This document shows, piece after piece, positions 36,950 to 47,232 of a stretch of DNA of 64,000 nucleotides. The position numbers were made by a program, and so were the translations under genes. The stretch spans positions 2,240,001-2,304,000 of the forward strand of contig OZ244651.1 in assembly GCA_965218695.1 (NCBI GenBank), in the 5' to 3' direction. Under the pieces are notes generated by a model. The model saw only the letters and a program-made list of their open reading frames with translations, was not told where the DNA came from and did not search any database. The stretch's first letter is position 1, and each line of letters begins with the position of its first letter. The stretch comes from Nitrosopumilus sp. (GTDB lineage Archaea; Thermoproteota; Nitrososphaeria; Nitrososphaerales; Nitrosopumilaceae).

Positions 36950-39900
36950 GTGCACCGGTTCATTCTCATGCTGACAGCACTTGTGCTTTTTGTAGCTGCT
37001 GCAGCTGATGCAGCTGATGCGTATGCCATCTCGATAGACGAGGTGCCCGGCGCGCTCCAGCAGGACATCATACTTCCCGACAGCCGGATCATCCAGATGG
37101 AGTACGAGTTCAACCCCAATGCCGCAAAGAGATACATAGTGTTTGGCGGATGGCAGGCAGACGCGCCGCTGCTGCCGTACGGGACAGGTTATGATGCAGG
37201 GTTCCTTACAGTCTCGGTGCTGTCCGAGGAGGAGGCCCTGTTTCTGGCAAGACAGGGGTACCACGTGATCGAGGACTTTAAGCTGGACTTTCACGCCGGG
37301 GGCGTGCTACAGGACGGATCAAGGACGGTCCAGATAGCCGGCCTTGATAGGCCGGAGTACGATGCGGCAGGGGCCGGGGTGACAGTTGCAATAATTGATA
37401 CCGGAGTCGACTTTTCAAATCCGGACATACGGCACTCGCTTGCACGCGACGGCATAGGCCACCCGGTAATGCTCGACCCGGACGGACAGGGGATAGTGAT
37501 CACCAACTCCACGTTCTTTGGGAACATAGATGACAACGGAATAATCAGGAACTACGACAGGGCGCTTCCCGAAAACGTGACCTCGTCTGTGTATGTCAAT
37601 GACGATGGGGTGTTTTTGGATTTATCGCAGGGCGGCAGGGGCACGACGATCCAGGTGTACAACTCGTTTTATCCGGACATAGGGTCATCGCCGGTACTTG
37701 ACGGCACCATCATCAATGACATGAAGATCGGCGATGACAACAGGGACTACATAAGATCGATGAGCGGGATGTACCATCTTGGCGCCATGTACCAGGGGTA
37801 CCTGTCCGGATCGCTTGCAGGGATGCAGGTGGTGCCGGTGCTGGTGGTGGATTCGGTGGTGCCCGGGGTGTACGATACGGTAATTCCCGATCTGAGCACG
37901 TCATGGAGCGACTATACCCGGAACAGCCTGGAGGACGGCCAGATGCCAGAGTACGACTTTGACTTTACTGACGAAAAGCCAATAGTGCTTGGGAGCGGAA
38001 ACGAGTTTCTGGTGTATGACTCGGACGAGGACGGCATGGATGATTACAGTGCAGGCACCGTGGGGGCACGGGTCCTGGACATATACGATGTGATGGATAT
38101 GAACGTGACTGACTTTGATGATGTCCTGGGGGCCGTAAACGGGACACTGCTGCCTGCGCTGGATCCTGACGGGATGTTCTTTGGAGTGATGACTGACTTT
38201 GCAGGCCACGGGACGGCCAGCGCATCAGTCATAGCCTCAAGCGGCCAGATGTCCTACGACCTCTACAATGACACCCAAAAGTACTCGCTGCCCGGAGTGG
38301 CGCCGGATGCAAGCATACTGCCGGTCAAGGTGCTGTGGTTTGGGGACGTGGTGTATGGCTGGCTGTGGGCGGCAGGATTTGAAGAGAACGACGGTGCATG
38401 GAAGTTTTCAGGAGCGCCAAGGGCAGACATACTCTCAAACAGCTGGGGGATCTCGGCATTCCCGCGAATCGGGGTGTTTCCGGGGTATGATTCGTTGTCC
38501 CTGCTGCTAGGAATACTTGCAACCCCGCACTCGCTGGACGATGACTATCCGGGGGTGCTGATGGTCACAAGCGCAGGAAACGCGGGGCACGGATACGGCA
38601 CCATGGGTCCGTCTGCATCGTCGCCGCTGGCTGTAACTGTTGGCGCCACAAACAACAACGTCATAGTGGGGTACAGCACGCTCAAGGACCAGCCGCGGTT
38701 TGGAAACACCACCGAGCACCTGAACCACATAATAGACTTTTCAAGCAGGGGTCCTGGCGCCATAGGGTTTCCCAAGCCTGACACTGTGAGTGTCGGGGCA
38801 TACGGGTTCGTCCCAAAGACTGTAACCAGCATCGAGATAGAGTCGACTGCCGGGCCGTTTTCAACGTATGGCGGGACCAGCATGGCAGCGCCGATGGTTG
38901 CCGGAATTGCCGCAGTCGTGATGGGGGAGATGACTGCGCAGTCACATGACCACGACCCGCTCCTGATTAAGAGCATACTCATGTCGACTGCGACTGATCT
39001 GGGCAATGATCCGTTTGTACAGGGATCAGGCCTGGCAGACGCAGGAACGGCCCTTGACTACGTCCACGGGAACCGGGGCGTGTTTGTGGTGGACAATACT
39101 GCCTCGTATGACAATATTCGGAACGTGCTTGATCCTGCAATGACACAGTTCAATATGACAGCAGCGCACATTGAGGAGTTTGAGTTTCCGACGCGTCCTG
39201 CCCCCATGACCAGCTGGTTTGCAGGGCATCTCCTGCCAGGCGATCGGACGACTGCCTCATTTACCATACGGAACCCGGGAGACGAGGAGCTGTCAGTCAG
39301 GGTGATTCCCCAGGAACTGTCGCTGATCGAGAGCGGGTTCTACAAGGGGGACACGGCAGTGCGCAAGCTGGACCCCGTACTGGAGGCGACTGACGGGTAT
39401 GCTCCAAACTATATCCGGCTTGCCGACATACAAAACCAGACAAGCACTGCAGACTTTTTCGACAGGAGCGATCCGATTCCCGAAGAGACCTCGCTGATGG
39501 TGCTAAACGTGCACTTTCCGTTTGGCGAATTCATGAACAAGACGGCAGACGTCTATGCCGATGATCTGAGGATCTCGTCTTTGTACGTGTATGACTGGGT
39601 GGATGCAGACGCAGACTCCAAGGTGGCAAGCAGCGAACTGTCGCTTGTGAACAGGGGCGGCTCCTGGGGCACGGTACAGGAACTGAGGGTGTCGGATCCT
39701 GCAGAAAAGTTCGAGGGGACTCCACTGGTGGGGGTGTATCCTGTTCCTGAAAAGTACTCTTACTGGGTCGGCGCCATAAACCAGAACGCGACATCGATGG
39801 AGTATACCATCTCTGCAAGCTACTACGAAAGGGACGACTGGTCCATGGTGTGGCCCGGACAGGACACGGTGAATGTTCCGCCCGGGGGGTCTACAACAGT

Positions 39901-41062
39901 CGATGTGACGCTGGTGGTCCCCGATGATACGGAGACGGGGGTGTATCAGGGATTTGTGCGGTTTGAGGGGGACACGCACGTGGCAAACGCGCCGGTCTCA
40001 TTTGCAGTCAGGAACCCCGTGTCAGAAGACGACCCGTCGATGCTGATCATGGGAGTCGAAGGCGGCGATCCAATGTACGGGAACGGGTACACAAAGGGCG
40101 CATTTGACATGACAGGCCGCTACATGACAGGCGACTGGCGGCAGTACTATTTTGACGTGCAAGACGAGTCCATCAACTCTGCGGCAATCAAGATATCGTG
40201 GGCAAGTGAGGATACAAGCATTGCAGCGTTTGTAGCGGATCCGACAGGCCAGATAATACACACAAACGTCCCATCAGGAGTATTCGGGCACTTCCTCAAC
40301 TGGCCCTCAATTGACTGGCTGGGCACATCACCGTTCAGCGGCGGAGGCGGATTCTTCCCGGTGGACGACAACAACGAACATCTAACCGTTCTGCACGTGC
40401 CGATAAACCAGACCGGCACATACACGCTGCTGACACACTCGACCCTGTTTGGCGGGGATGCCATTACCGAACCCGTCACGCTTGCAGCCCTGTTTACAAG
40501 CATCTTTGAAAATGATATTCCGGAGGATGTGGCTGAGGATGTGGCTGAGGATGTGGCTGAGGATACGGTAGAAGACACCCCAACGGATATCCCGGACAAT
40601 GCAGGGAACACAAGCAGTTCTGAGGTTGACACGGATGAGGCTGTAGGTGATGAGACTGCAACCCGGCAGGATGACGACGGGGTGATAAGGGAGTCTGATG
40701 ATTCGGATACAATATCCAAGGACGTAACCGGGGAATCTGGAATGCCGGAACTGGAATCAGGCCTGCTGACAATAGAGCCAGAGGCAGTCACGGAGCCTAG
40801 TGCGGTGGAGAGGCCCGATGGGGCGGTGGAGCCGGACACGTCCGGCATTGGCGACAGGCCTGATGATAATGACGTGGCACCAGAGGACGGCGTAGTAGAA
40901 TCTGGAAGCGACGCAGGCTCTGAATCAGGATTTGATGGGAATTCATCTGAACCGTATCTGATTGGGATTGCCGTTGGTGCAGGGGTTACGATTGCAGTGG
41001 TGGTCGGCATTGTTCTGGTGCTTAAAGAAAGAAAGGCCAAGTGGCTGCCTGCAGCGAAATAA
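36950..41062 (+). CDS. membrane-anchored subtilisin-like S8 serine peptidase
   Basis: triad IIDTG / GHGTASAS / GTSMAAP, oxyanion SAGNAG, acidic stalk, C-terminal TM. Confidence 0.93.
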   Translation: MHRFILMLTALVLFVAAAADAADAYAISIDEVPGALQQDIILPDSRIIQMEYEFNPNAAKRYIVFGGWQADAPLLPYGTGYDAGFLTVSVLSEEEALFLARQGYHVIEDFKLDFHAGGVLQDGSRTVQIAGLDRPEYDAAGAGVTVAIIDTGVDFSNPDIRHSLARDGIGHPVMLDPDGQGIVITNSTFFGNIDDNGIIRNYDRALPENVTSSVYVNDDGVFLDLSQGGRGTTIQVYNSFYPDIGSSPVLDGTIINDMKIGDDNRDYIRSMSGMYHLGAMYQGYLSGSLAGMQVVPVLVVDSVVPGVYDTVIPDLSTSWSDYTRNSLEDGQMPEYDFDFTDEKPIVLGSGNEFLVYDSDEDGMDDYSAGTVGARVLDIYDVMDMNVTDFDDVLGAVNGTLLPALDPDGMFFGVMTDFAGHGTASASVIASSGQMSYDLYNDTQKYSLPGVAPDASILPVKVLWFGDVVYGWLWAAGFEENDGAWKFSGAPRADILSNSWGISAFPRIGVFPGYDSLSLLLGILATPHSLDDDYPGVLMVTSAGNAGHGYGTMGPSASSPLAVTVGATNNNVIVGYSTLKDQPRFGNTTEHLNHIIDFSSRGPGAIGFPKPDTVSVGAYGFVPKTVTSIEIESTAGPFSTYGGTSMAAPMVAGIAAVVMGEMTAQSHDHDPLLIKSILMSTATDLGNDPFVQGSGLADAGTALDYVHGNRGVFVVDNTASYDNIRNVLDPAMTQFNMTAAHIEEFEFPTRPAPMTSWFAGHLLPGDRTTASFTIRNPGDEELSVRVIPQELSLIESGFYKGDTAVRKLDPVLEATDGYAPNYIRLADIQNQTSTADFFDRSDPIPEETSLMVLNVHFPFGEFMNKTADVYADDLRISSLYVYDWVDADADSKVASSELSLVNRGGSWGTVQELRVSDPAEKFEGTPLVGVYPVPEKYSYWVGAINQNATSMEYTISASYYERDDWSMVWPGQDTVNVPPGGSTTVDVTLVVPDDTETGVYQGFVRFEGDTHVANAPVSFAVRNPVSEDDPSMLIMGVEGGDPMYGNGYTKGAFDMTGRYMTGDWRQYYFDVQDESINSAAIKISWASEDTSIAAFVADPTGQIIHTNVPSGVFGHFLNWPSIDWLGTSPFSGGGGFFPVDDNNEHLTVLHVPINQTGTYTLLTHSTLFGGDAITEPVTLAALFTSIFENDIPEDVAEDVAEDVAEDTVEDTPTDIPDNAGNTSSSEVDTDEAVGDETATRQDDDGVIRESDDSDTISKDVTGESGMPELESGLLTIEPEAVTEPSAVERPDGAVEPDTSGIGDRPDDNDVAPEDGVVESGSDAGSESGFDGNSSEPYLIGIAVGAGVTIAVVVGIVLVLKERKAKWLPAAK
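40523..40565 (+). repeat. 12-bp in-frame tandem repeat (about 3.5 copies)
   Basis: GAGGATGTGGCT repeats encoding EDVA in the peptidase stalk. Confidence 0.8.
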
Positions 41063-41255
41063 GCCCAGGATTATACACAGTCATGCATCCGCGCTGTAGG
41101 TGTCTCTGACAAAGATCTCCGCGAGCAGGTTGTTGTCAATGTGGATCCGCCCTTCCCGAGCAGTCCATGCAGGTCACGCTGACGTCTGCGCAAACACGAA
41201 CTTTGACGCATGTGCCTTGCGCGGCAAAGTTGCTGCTGTGAGAGAATGTGGGAAT

Positions 41256-43733
41256 TTATACCTTCACGGATTGCCGTCTCTTGTAGACGCCAAGATATAT
41301 GCCAATTCCGACTGTTATTGCAACCAGGAGGGCGATCCATATCCCGTACTCGGGTCCGGTCTCCACAACCTCAATTTCAGTGACGGTTTGGGTGGGCAGA
41401 CTGGTGCTGTCATCAACCACAAGAAAACTCGACTCGTAAAAGTCGGGTTTTAGGACCGACTCTGACACTGCAAATATCTTGATGTTGCCTGCGCCGATTC
41501 CAAGGCTTTGCGTATCCTCTGCAGCCACCGTGATCACGGTACGGTCTGCACTTATCTCCTGGGTCTGGGACATCACCTCCCCACTGCTGCTTGTCAGAAA
41601 GTAGATGATTGAATCTGCGCCATCGGTACCTATCTCGATCTCAAGGGCCTCTCCCTTTTGAACGATGTCTGCTACATCGGCATATTGGATGGTGGGGAAC
41701 TTGACCTCCTCAAACTTTGACCACTGGCCTGCCGGGAACGGGTATGACTCGTCATCAAATGCGCTGACACGGATTGTCCTTGCCTCCGGACTGTATGAAT
41801 TCAGGTAGAACGGGCCGTTGCTTATCACTGCATGATCATTTTCTGCAATCCATGCTGCAGACGCGCCGTACCGGTCCTGAAGGTATTCTGTATCCAAGCC
41901 ATCCAGTGCGGCAGGCACATGTCCCTCATCGTTGAACTCCAGCAGGGACTCCCTTACGAGGCCTGCATCGTTTGGAATCAGCAGTGAAAGCCAGCTGATG
42001 CCCTTGCTTGTGGCAGCTGATCTTGAAAATGACGCCTTTCCGTCAATCACCACGTCTTCCATGGCTGCTGTGATCTCCCACGGTACGGAGCTCCACAACG
42101 AGGCCCAGTCTGCAATCTCGTTTTCATCAAAGTGCCAATAGTCCACGTAGACCTCGATGGTGTCATCATCGACAGGATTTACGCCGATTATTGTCTGGGT
42201 GTACTGGGAGGCCCTTGGCGTAAATGACGAGTCAAACGTCTTGTCGTTTTCACCGGCCTCGCTTCCCCATTCCATCACAAAATAAAGCGAGTACATGATA
42301 TCGTTCATGTCCATCCATTCCCCGTTGTGCCATTTGCTGAACTTGAAGTCAAATGTAGCCTTGCTTGTGGCAGACGCGTTGTGTGGCACATTGGTCCACT
42401 CCTGCAGCAGCGGATCCCATGTTATTGCCCCGTCCGGAAGATCCAGCTTGCCGTCCGGCCCTGCAGTCTCAACCTGGTAGTCTGCCCTTACCGGAAACGT
42501 CTCCCCGGTGTACGGATGCTTGAATGTTGCAGGATCCGACAGGATGCCCCATATGTGATTGCTGTAGACGTCTGTCAGGCCGGCCACCGGATTCCACGAA
42601 CCCTGGTAGATGTGCTTGACTCCTATGGCGATGTCCCCGTCATCGCTTCTTGCATTAATCGGGGTGAACCTGGTTGGAATTCCTGCGCCAAAGTCGTTGA
42701 TTATGCCCGAGGTGCCCTCATTTACCACATACTGGTCAGTATTGCTTGCAAGAAAGACCCTCACAGACTCTGAAATGCCCTCGGTAACCCCGTCCTGAAT
42801 CAGGGAGGCCCTCTCTTCGGCGTCCGAATAGTTTCCGGTGTATATGTTCTGGGTCAGCAAATCCAGCTTTTCATTTTCATAGTTCCAGTACGTCGGATCG
42901 TTGAATCCTGGCATGTTTGAGAACCACGGGGCATACATCTGTCCGATTCCGACGGAGTCATACCTTACAAATGCAGAACTGCCCCATCCTTCCGTGTACA
43001 GGTGCCATTGCAGGCCGGCCGGATCCGAGCCATAGACCACGGCAAAGGCCTTGTTGAGATCACCAAAATCCCTGTTGACTGTGAATCCCATTCTTTCCAG
43101 CTCTGATGCCAGAATCTCGCCTATGGATTTTCTGATCGGATCATCGCTTCTGATAAATATCGTAACCTCGACTGGCACAGAGTCTGCCAACCACACGCCA
43201 TCTGTCTTGACTGCCCCACGCTCAATCATGGATTTTGAGATAATCTCTTCTGCAAGCGCCGGATTGTATACAAAGTTAAACCCCTCCACCTGCTCAATGA
43301 CTGTCAGGTACTCCGGGTGTGACGGATCATAGTATGACACGGTTGGCGCACCAAACCCCCCCATCAGCTCGTTTACAAACAGCTTCCTATCGACCAGATA
43401 GTTCAGTGCAAATCTGGCATCCCTGTCGGCAAATGGGTTGAGCTGTTCGGTTTCGGCCGGATTTACAAGCATGCTAAACGAACCGCCAGTAGAGTTAAAC
43501 ACGTGCAGCCCCCGCTGGGCATCCTTTCCCTCCAGCCTGTCTGAGGGAATGGCCCAGTAGTAGATGTCCAGGTTCCCGTTCCGGACCTCCTCCAGCGCTA
43601 TGTTCTCATCCAGATACTGGATAAACTTGATGGAATCCACGTACGTGCCCTGGTCTGCAAACGCCTCTCCAAACACGGCCACACTAAGAATAATCGGTAC
43701 TGCCACCAGCCACTTCATCATAGTGTCATCCAC
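41256..43733 (-). CDS. ABC transporter substrate-binding protein (family 5, peptide/nickel)
   Basis: signal peptide, NPFADRDARFALNYLVDR, KWHNG..DI.YS, NGPFYL, C-terminal TM. Confidence 0.88.
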   Translation of the reverse strand: MDDTMMKWLVAVPIILSVAVFGEAFADQGTYVDSIKFIQYLDENIALEEVRNGNLDIYYWAIPSDRLEGKDAQRGLHVFNSTGGSFSMLVNPAETEQLNPFADRDARFALNYLVDRKLFVNELMGGFGAPTVSYYDPSHPEYLTVIEQVEGFNFVYNPALAEEIISKSMIERGAVKTDGVWLADSVPVEVTIFIRSDDPIRKSIGEILASELERMGFTVNRDFGDLNKAFAVVYGSDPAGLQWHLYTEGWGSSAFVRYDSVGIGQMYAPWFSNMPGFNDPTYWNYENEKLDLLTQNIYTGNYSDAEERASLIQDGVTEGISESVRVFLASNTDQYVVNEGTSGIINDFGAGIPTRFTPINARSDDGDIAIGVKHIYQGSWNPVAGLTDVYSNHIWGILSDPATFKHPYTGETFPVRADYQVETAGPDGKLDLPDGAITWDPLLQEWTNVPHNASATSKATFDFKFSKWHNGEWMDMNDIMYSLYFVMEWGSEAGENDKTFDSSFTPRASQYTQTIIGVNPVDDDTIEVYVDYWHFDENEIADWASLWSSVPWEITAAMEDVVIDGKASFSRSAATSKGISWLSLLIPNDAGLVRESLLEFNDEGHVPAALDGLDTEYLQDRYGASAAWIAENDHAVISNGPFYLNSYSPEARTIRVSAFDDESYPFPAGQWSKFEEVKFPTIQYADVADIVQKGEALEIEIGTDGADSIIYFLTSSSGEVMSQTQEISADRTVITVAAEDTQSLGIGAGNIKIFAVSESVLKPDFYESSFLVVDDSTSLPTQTVTEIEVVETGPEYGIWIALLVAITVGIGIYLGVYKRRQSVKV

Positions 43734-43797
43734 ATGTAATCATATATTAATGCCGCTGAATCCCGCGGGTAGTTGGAACTTGCCAGCACCCAAAGCC

Positions 43798-44931
43798 TAC
43801 GTTGTACAAAAAGTAGTTCCTCCCCTAGCCAATGGAGCCGGCGTGTTTGGAAGCAAGATCAGCCTGGTGTTGAGTGGAAGCAGGGGTGTGTGGGCAAGAA
43901 CGATGTACTCCAATCGGTGGCGGCATATGGGAACCCGGAGAGTACGCATCATGAAAAAGCTGGACGAATCGAAGGTAAGGTGGATACTTTCGGAGAAGGA
44001 CAAGGGATCCACCAATTCATGCATCTCCAAGGCCATGGGTGTGTCGCCGCGGTGGATAAGGAGGCTGTATTCCAGGTACAGGGGACAGGAACGCAGCAGC
44101 GTGGCATATCCGATGCACACGGGCAGGCCCGCATGCGGCCTTCCCGGCCGGAAGGAACACTCCGCGGTACTGTGCGCCAAGGGCAATGACCATGTTGGGG
44201 CCGTACGCCTGCACGGGTGCATAAGGGACGTCACCGGAATAAATATTCCATACAACCGCATACACATGGTATTGCGTGACGAGGATCTGGCTGCCAGACA
44301 GCCCAACAAGAGCAAGCGCCGCAAGTGGATCCGCTTTGAGCGCACCTACTCCAACTCGATGTGGCACACCGACTACAAGCTGCTTGACGACGGCAGGTGG
44401 TTCCTGTGTTACGAGGACGACGCCTCGCGGTTCGTGACTGCGTACGGCACGTTTGAGCGCGCAACGGCAGAAAACGCCCTGTCGGTATTGGACGAGGCGA
44501 TAAGAAACCACGGCAAGCCTGCATCCATAATGACTGACCGCGGATCCCAGTTCTACGCCACCGCATCAGAGGCAAAGAAAAAGGGTGCATCCGAGTTCGA
44601 AAAGAGGCTGGCAGAGCTTGGCATCAAGCAGATTCTGGCAGGCGTGAGGCACCCGCAGACCAACGGCAAGCTGGAGAGGCTGCACGGGGAGATCCAGCGG
44701 AAGCTGCCCGAATTTGAGGCGATAATGATGCGCAAGAGCGACCCGGTGGACCTCTTCATGCAGTGGTACAATTACGACAGACCGCACATGTCACTTGGCC
44801 TAGACGGGGAGGAGACGCCAGCCCAGGCGTTTGTGCGCAAGATGCCACCCAAAGGAGAGATAGTAATAGACGAGCAGACAGGGGAGGAGTATCATGTGGA
44901 GTAAGGGAGGAACTACTTTTCGTATTCCACA
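43798..44931 (+). mobile_element. IS481-family insertion sequence
   Basis: imperfect TIRs sharing TAC.AAAAGTAGTTCCTCCC; 13-bp direct repeat AGCACCCAAAGCC (43785-43797, 44932-44944). Confidence 0.85.
43951..44904 (+). CDS. IS481-family transposase (rve integrase core)
   Basis: HTH, MWHTD, EDDASR, MTDRGSQF, HPQTNGKLERLH, YNYDRPH; start moved to 43951. Confidence 0.92.
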   Translation: MKKLDESKVRWILSEKDKGSTNSCISKAMGVSPRWIRRLYSRYRGQERSSVAYPMHTGRPACGLPGRKEHSAVLCAKGNDHVGAVRLHGCIRDVTGINIPYNRIHMVLRDEDLAARQPNKSKRRKWIRFERTYSNSMWHTDYKLLDDGRWFLCYEDDASRFVTAYGTFERATAENALSVLDEAIRNHGKPASIMTDRGSQFYATASEAKKKGASEFEKRLAELGIKQILAGVRHPQTNGKLERLHGEIQRKLPEFEAIMMRKSDPVDLFMQWYNYDRPHMSLGLDGEETPAQAFVRKMPPKGEIVIDEQTGEEYHVE

Positions 44932-45150
44932 AGCACCCAAAGCCACCCACACATGTTTGATGCGTCTGCACCGTCTCCAATTGAACTCGGACAGGCAATA
45001 ATCAAGATGCAGTTTCCAAGACATGGGGCTTTGAATTTGGACTACGATGTTTGTTGTTCCAAAGTCGCAACCGGCAGATCCGGCAACGCACGAAGCAGAA
45101 ACGGCAGGTACGCTCAAAGGAGATGGCGCAGGTACCGCAACCGCAAAGTT

Positions 45151-45519
45151 CTACCCTTTGTCTCTTTCAATACCCCTCTTCCTGTCGTAGCGACGGATAA
45201 TTATTGACAGGACGGCGCCTGTTATGAAAAGCGGGCTGGCAGTGACCAAGAATGTGAGAAAGAATACGAACCTTTCGGTTTTTATCTCGCATGGCCACGT
45301 GATTCCGTCCACCGGACATGGTGGAATCTGCGTTTCCCATGGGGGGCAAGGCTGCATGATCCCGTTTACCTCATACCAGCAGTTGTCAGAATTGTACGTG
45401 GCGGCAGGCTCCAGAGGGAGCACCAGCGCAAGAGATGCGATCGTAGCTGACGGGAGCAAAAAGAAGACCCCCAGGACAAGAATAATTTTGTGCCTAGTTT
45501 TCATTTTCTGATTCCCCAC
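45151..45519 (-). CDS. small 2-TM protein with Cys-rich loop (paralog of 23986-24315)
   Basis: frame and four Cys conserved between the two diverged copies. Confidence 0.7.
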   Translation of the reverse strand: MGNQKMKTRHKIILVLGVFFLLPSATIASLALVLPLEPAATYNSDNCWYEVNGIMQPCPPWETQIPPCPVDGITWPCEIKTERFVFFLTFLVTASPLFITGAVLSIIIRRYDRKRGIERDKG

Positions 45520-45523
45520 TAGC

Positions 45524-46015
45524 CTAGATTGAAATGATGCTCAATACGGAATCCTTGGTGATGTTGTTCTGCTGGACAAACCCGGCTGTGACTTCAAGGA
45601 CATAGAATGCATTACCGTCGGGGACGATGCTTGTGCATGTCGTAATCTCAAGGGCGGTCTTGCACGGGGGAACGTCCTCTGCTATATGGACCACCATGCC
45701 GTCCTGATCAAACCAGATCATGTCAAGGGCGAACTGCATGTTGAGCATCCAGATGGAATGGGGGCCCGGGTCATCAAAGACAAATATCATGCCCTGATCA
45801 GACGGGAGTGGGTCCTGGAACATCAGTCCCCGAACCCGCCTTGGGTCAGTGTCTGCAATCTGGACCTCAAGGGGGATGTCGTCTATCAGGATTGTTCCCC
45901 TGGGAAACTCGACGGATTCGAGCTTGCTTTCGCTTGGGATGGATATCAGCCCCACGATGCCAATGATTACAGCGGCAATCGAGATTGGCACCAGTGCCTG
46001 CGTCCTGGTGGTCAC
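45524..46015 (-). CDS. DUF192 family protein
   Basis: VQIADT..RVRGLMF, GMIFVF, WMLNMQFALDMIW, VLEVTAG. Confidence 0.92.
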   Translation of the reverse strand: MTTRTQALVPISIAAVIIGIVGLISIPSESKLESVEFPRGTILIDDIPLEVQIADTDPRRVRGLMFQDPLPSDQGMIFVFDDPGPHSIWMLNMQFALDMIWFDQDGMVVHIAEDVPPCKTALEITTCTSIVPDGNAFYVLEVTAGFVQQNNITKDSVLSIISI

Positions 46016-46116
46016 AAACTAGGTTGGGGTGCCTCCTTTTTAAAACTAGGCTGTCAGGGCGTATGTGCAGTCGGCATGCCGTCCTGCAGGGGTTTGGGAT
46101 GAGCATGCAGGACTGG

Positions 46117-46482
46117 TCAGAGTACCGATTCCTTGAAGCTGCGAATGGTGCCGATTGTGTTTTTTGTCTCATGTCCTATATCGGTAATGGTTGTACCGTT
46201 GTACTTTTTGTCAAAATACCTGCCTGTTGCAATCATGGCGCCGCCTACTGCGCAGCTGACAAACGTTGGCTCCGGAATCCAGATCATGGCCAGTCCGAGC
46301 TTTTGGAGTTTCTTGCCAGGTGCCGGGGCCTTTTGAAGTGCGCCAAGCGAGCCGGCCACGTGCCGGTCGCCCACCTGGGCAACATCAGAGTACATGCTTG
46401 CCATTCTGTGCACAGACGCAGAATGCCGTCTGAGTTTGTCCAGTCGTTCCTTTAGGAGATCTGTCATACAGTGTGCCATCAT
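46117..46482 (-). CDS. hypothetical protein
   Basis: 121 aa with LQKLGLAMIWIPEP hydrophobic hairpin. Confidence 0.6.
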   Translation of the reverse strand: MMAHCMTDLLKERLDKLRRHSASVHRMASMYSDVAQVGDRHVAGSLGALQKAPAPGKKLQKLGLAMIWIPEPTFVSCAVGGAMIATGRYFDKKYNGTTITDIGHETKNTIGTIRSFKESVL

Positions 46483-46767
46483 GGAATGAATAGTTAAGAT
46501 TCAATGATCAAATACGATCACTACGAGGTCAATAAAGGATAACAAAATTTCCAGAGCGTCACTGTACAGCCCGTCCGGGAAACACGTGCATGCTGGTCTG
46601 GAGGGAGTCGCCAGAGGAAGAGGCACCATGCAGGAGAAGGGCTCATCCATTGGACCAAGGCAGGTACGGCCAATTCTGCAAGCAGTCATGCCCGGTTTTG
46701 GGGAATGCCTGAATATGCACGACTGAAGGGGACATCCAATTATACTAGAATCAGCCAAAGGGATTAG

Positions 46768-47232
46768 ATGAGCGACAAGAGCGTAAGAAGGCTTGACTCA
46801 ATCAAGGCCGCCCACCGTCTGGAGAGGACCAAGTCAAGCGCCAGGATGGAGGACTATCTGGAGATAATCTCCGAGCTGATAGAGCTGAAGGGGTATGCGA
46901 CCATGCAGGATGTCTCAATGTACATGAACGTCAGCGCGCCAAGCGTGACCAAGATGCTCAAGCGGCTTGACGAGAACGGGTTTCTAGAGTATGAAAAGTA
47001 TCACGGCATCAACCTGACACGCAAGGGAGCGCAGGTGGCAGAGGGAATCAGGCAGAGGCACAGTACGCTGCTGGAGTTTTTTGAGATACTGGGAATAGAG
47101 TATGACATGGCAAGCCAGGATGCCGAGGGAATCGAGCACCACCTCAACCCAGAGACGACAAGGCAGCTGGGAAAGTTTGTTGCGTTTCTGAAATCAAACC
47201 CGGAGATCATCAAGGAGTTCAATAGTCTCTAA
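46768..47232 (+). CDS. DtxR/MntR-family metal-dependent repressor
   Basis: MEDYLE.I, VSAPSVTKMLKRL, LT..G, RH..L..F, DAEGIEHH. Confidence 0.95.
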   Translation: MSDKSVRRLDSIKAAHRLERTKSSARMEDYLEIISELIELKGYATMQDVSMYMNVSAPSVTKMLKRLDENGFLEYEKYHGINLTRKGAQVAEGIRQRHSTLLEFFEILGIEYDMASQDAEGIEHHLNPETTRQLGKFVAFLKSNPEIIKEFNSL

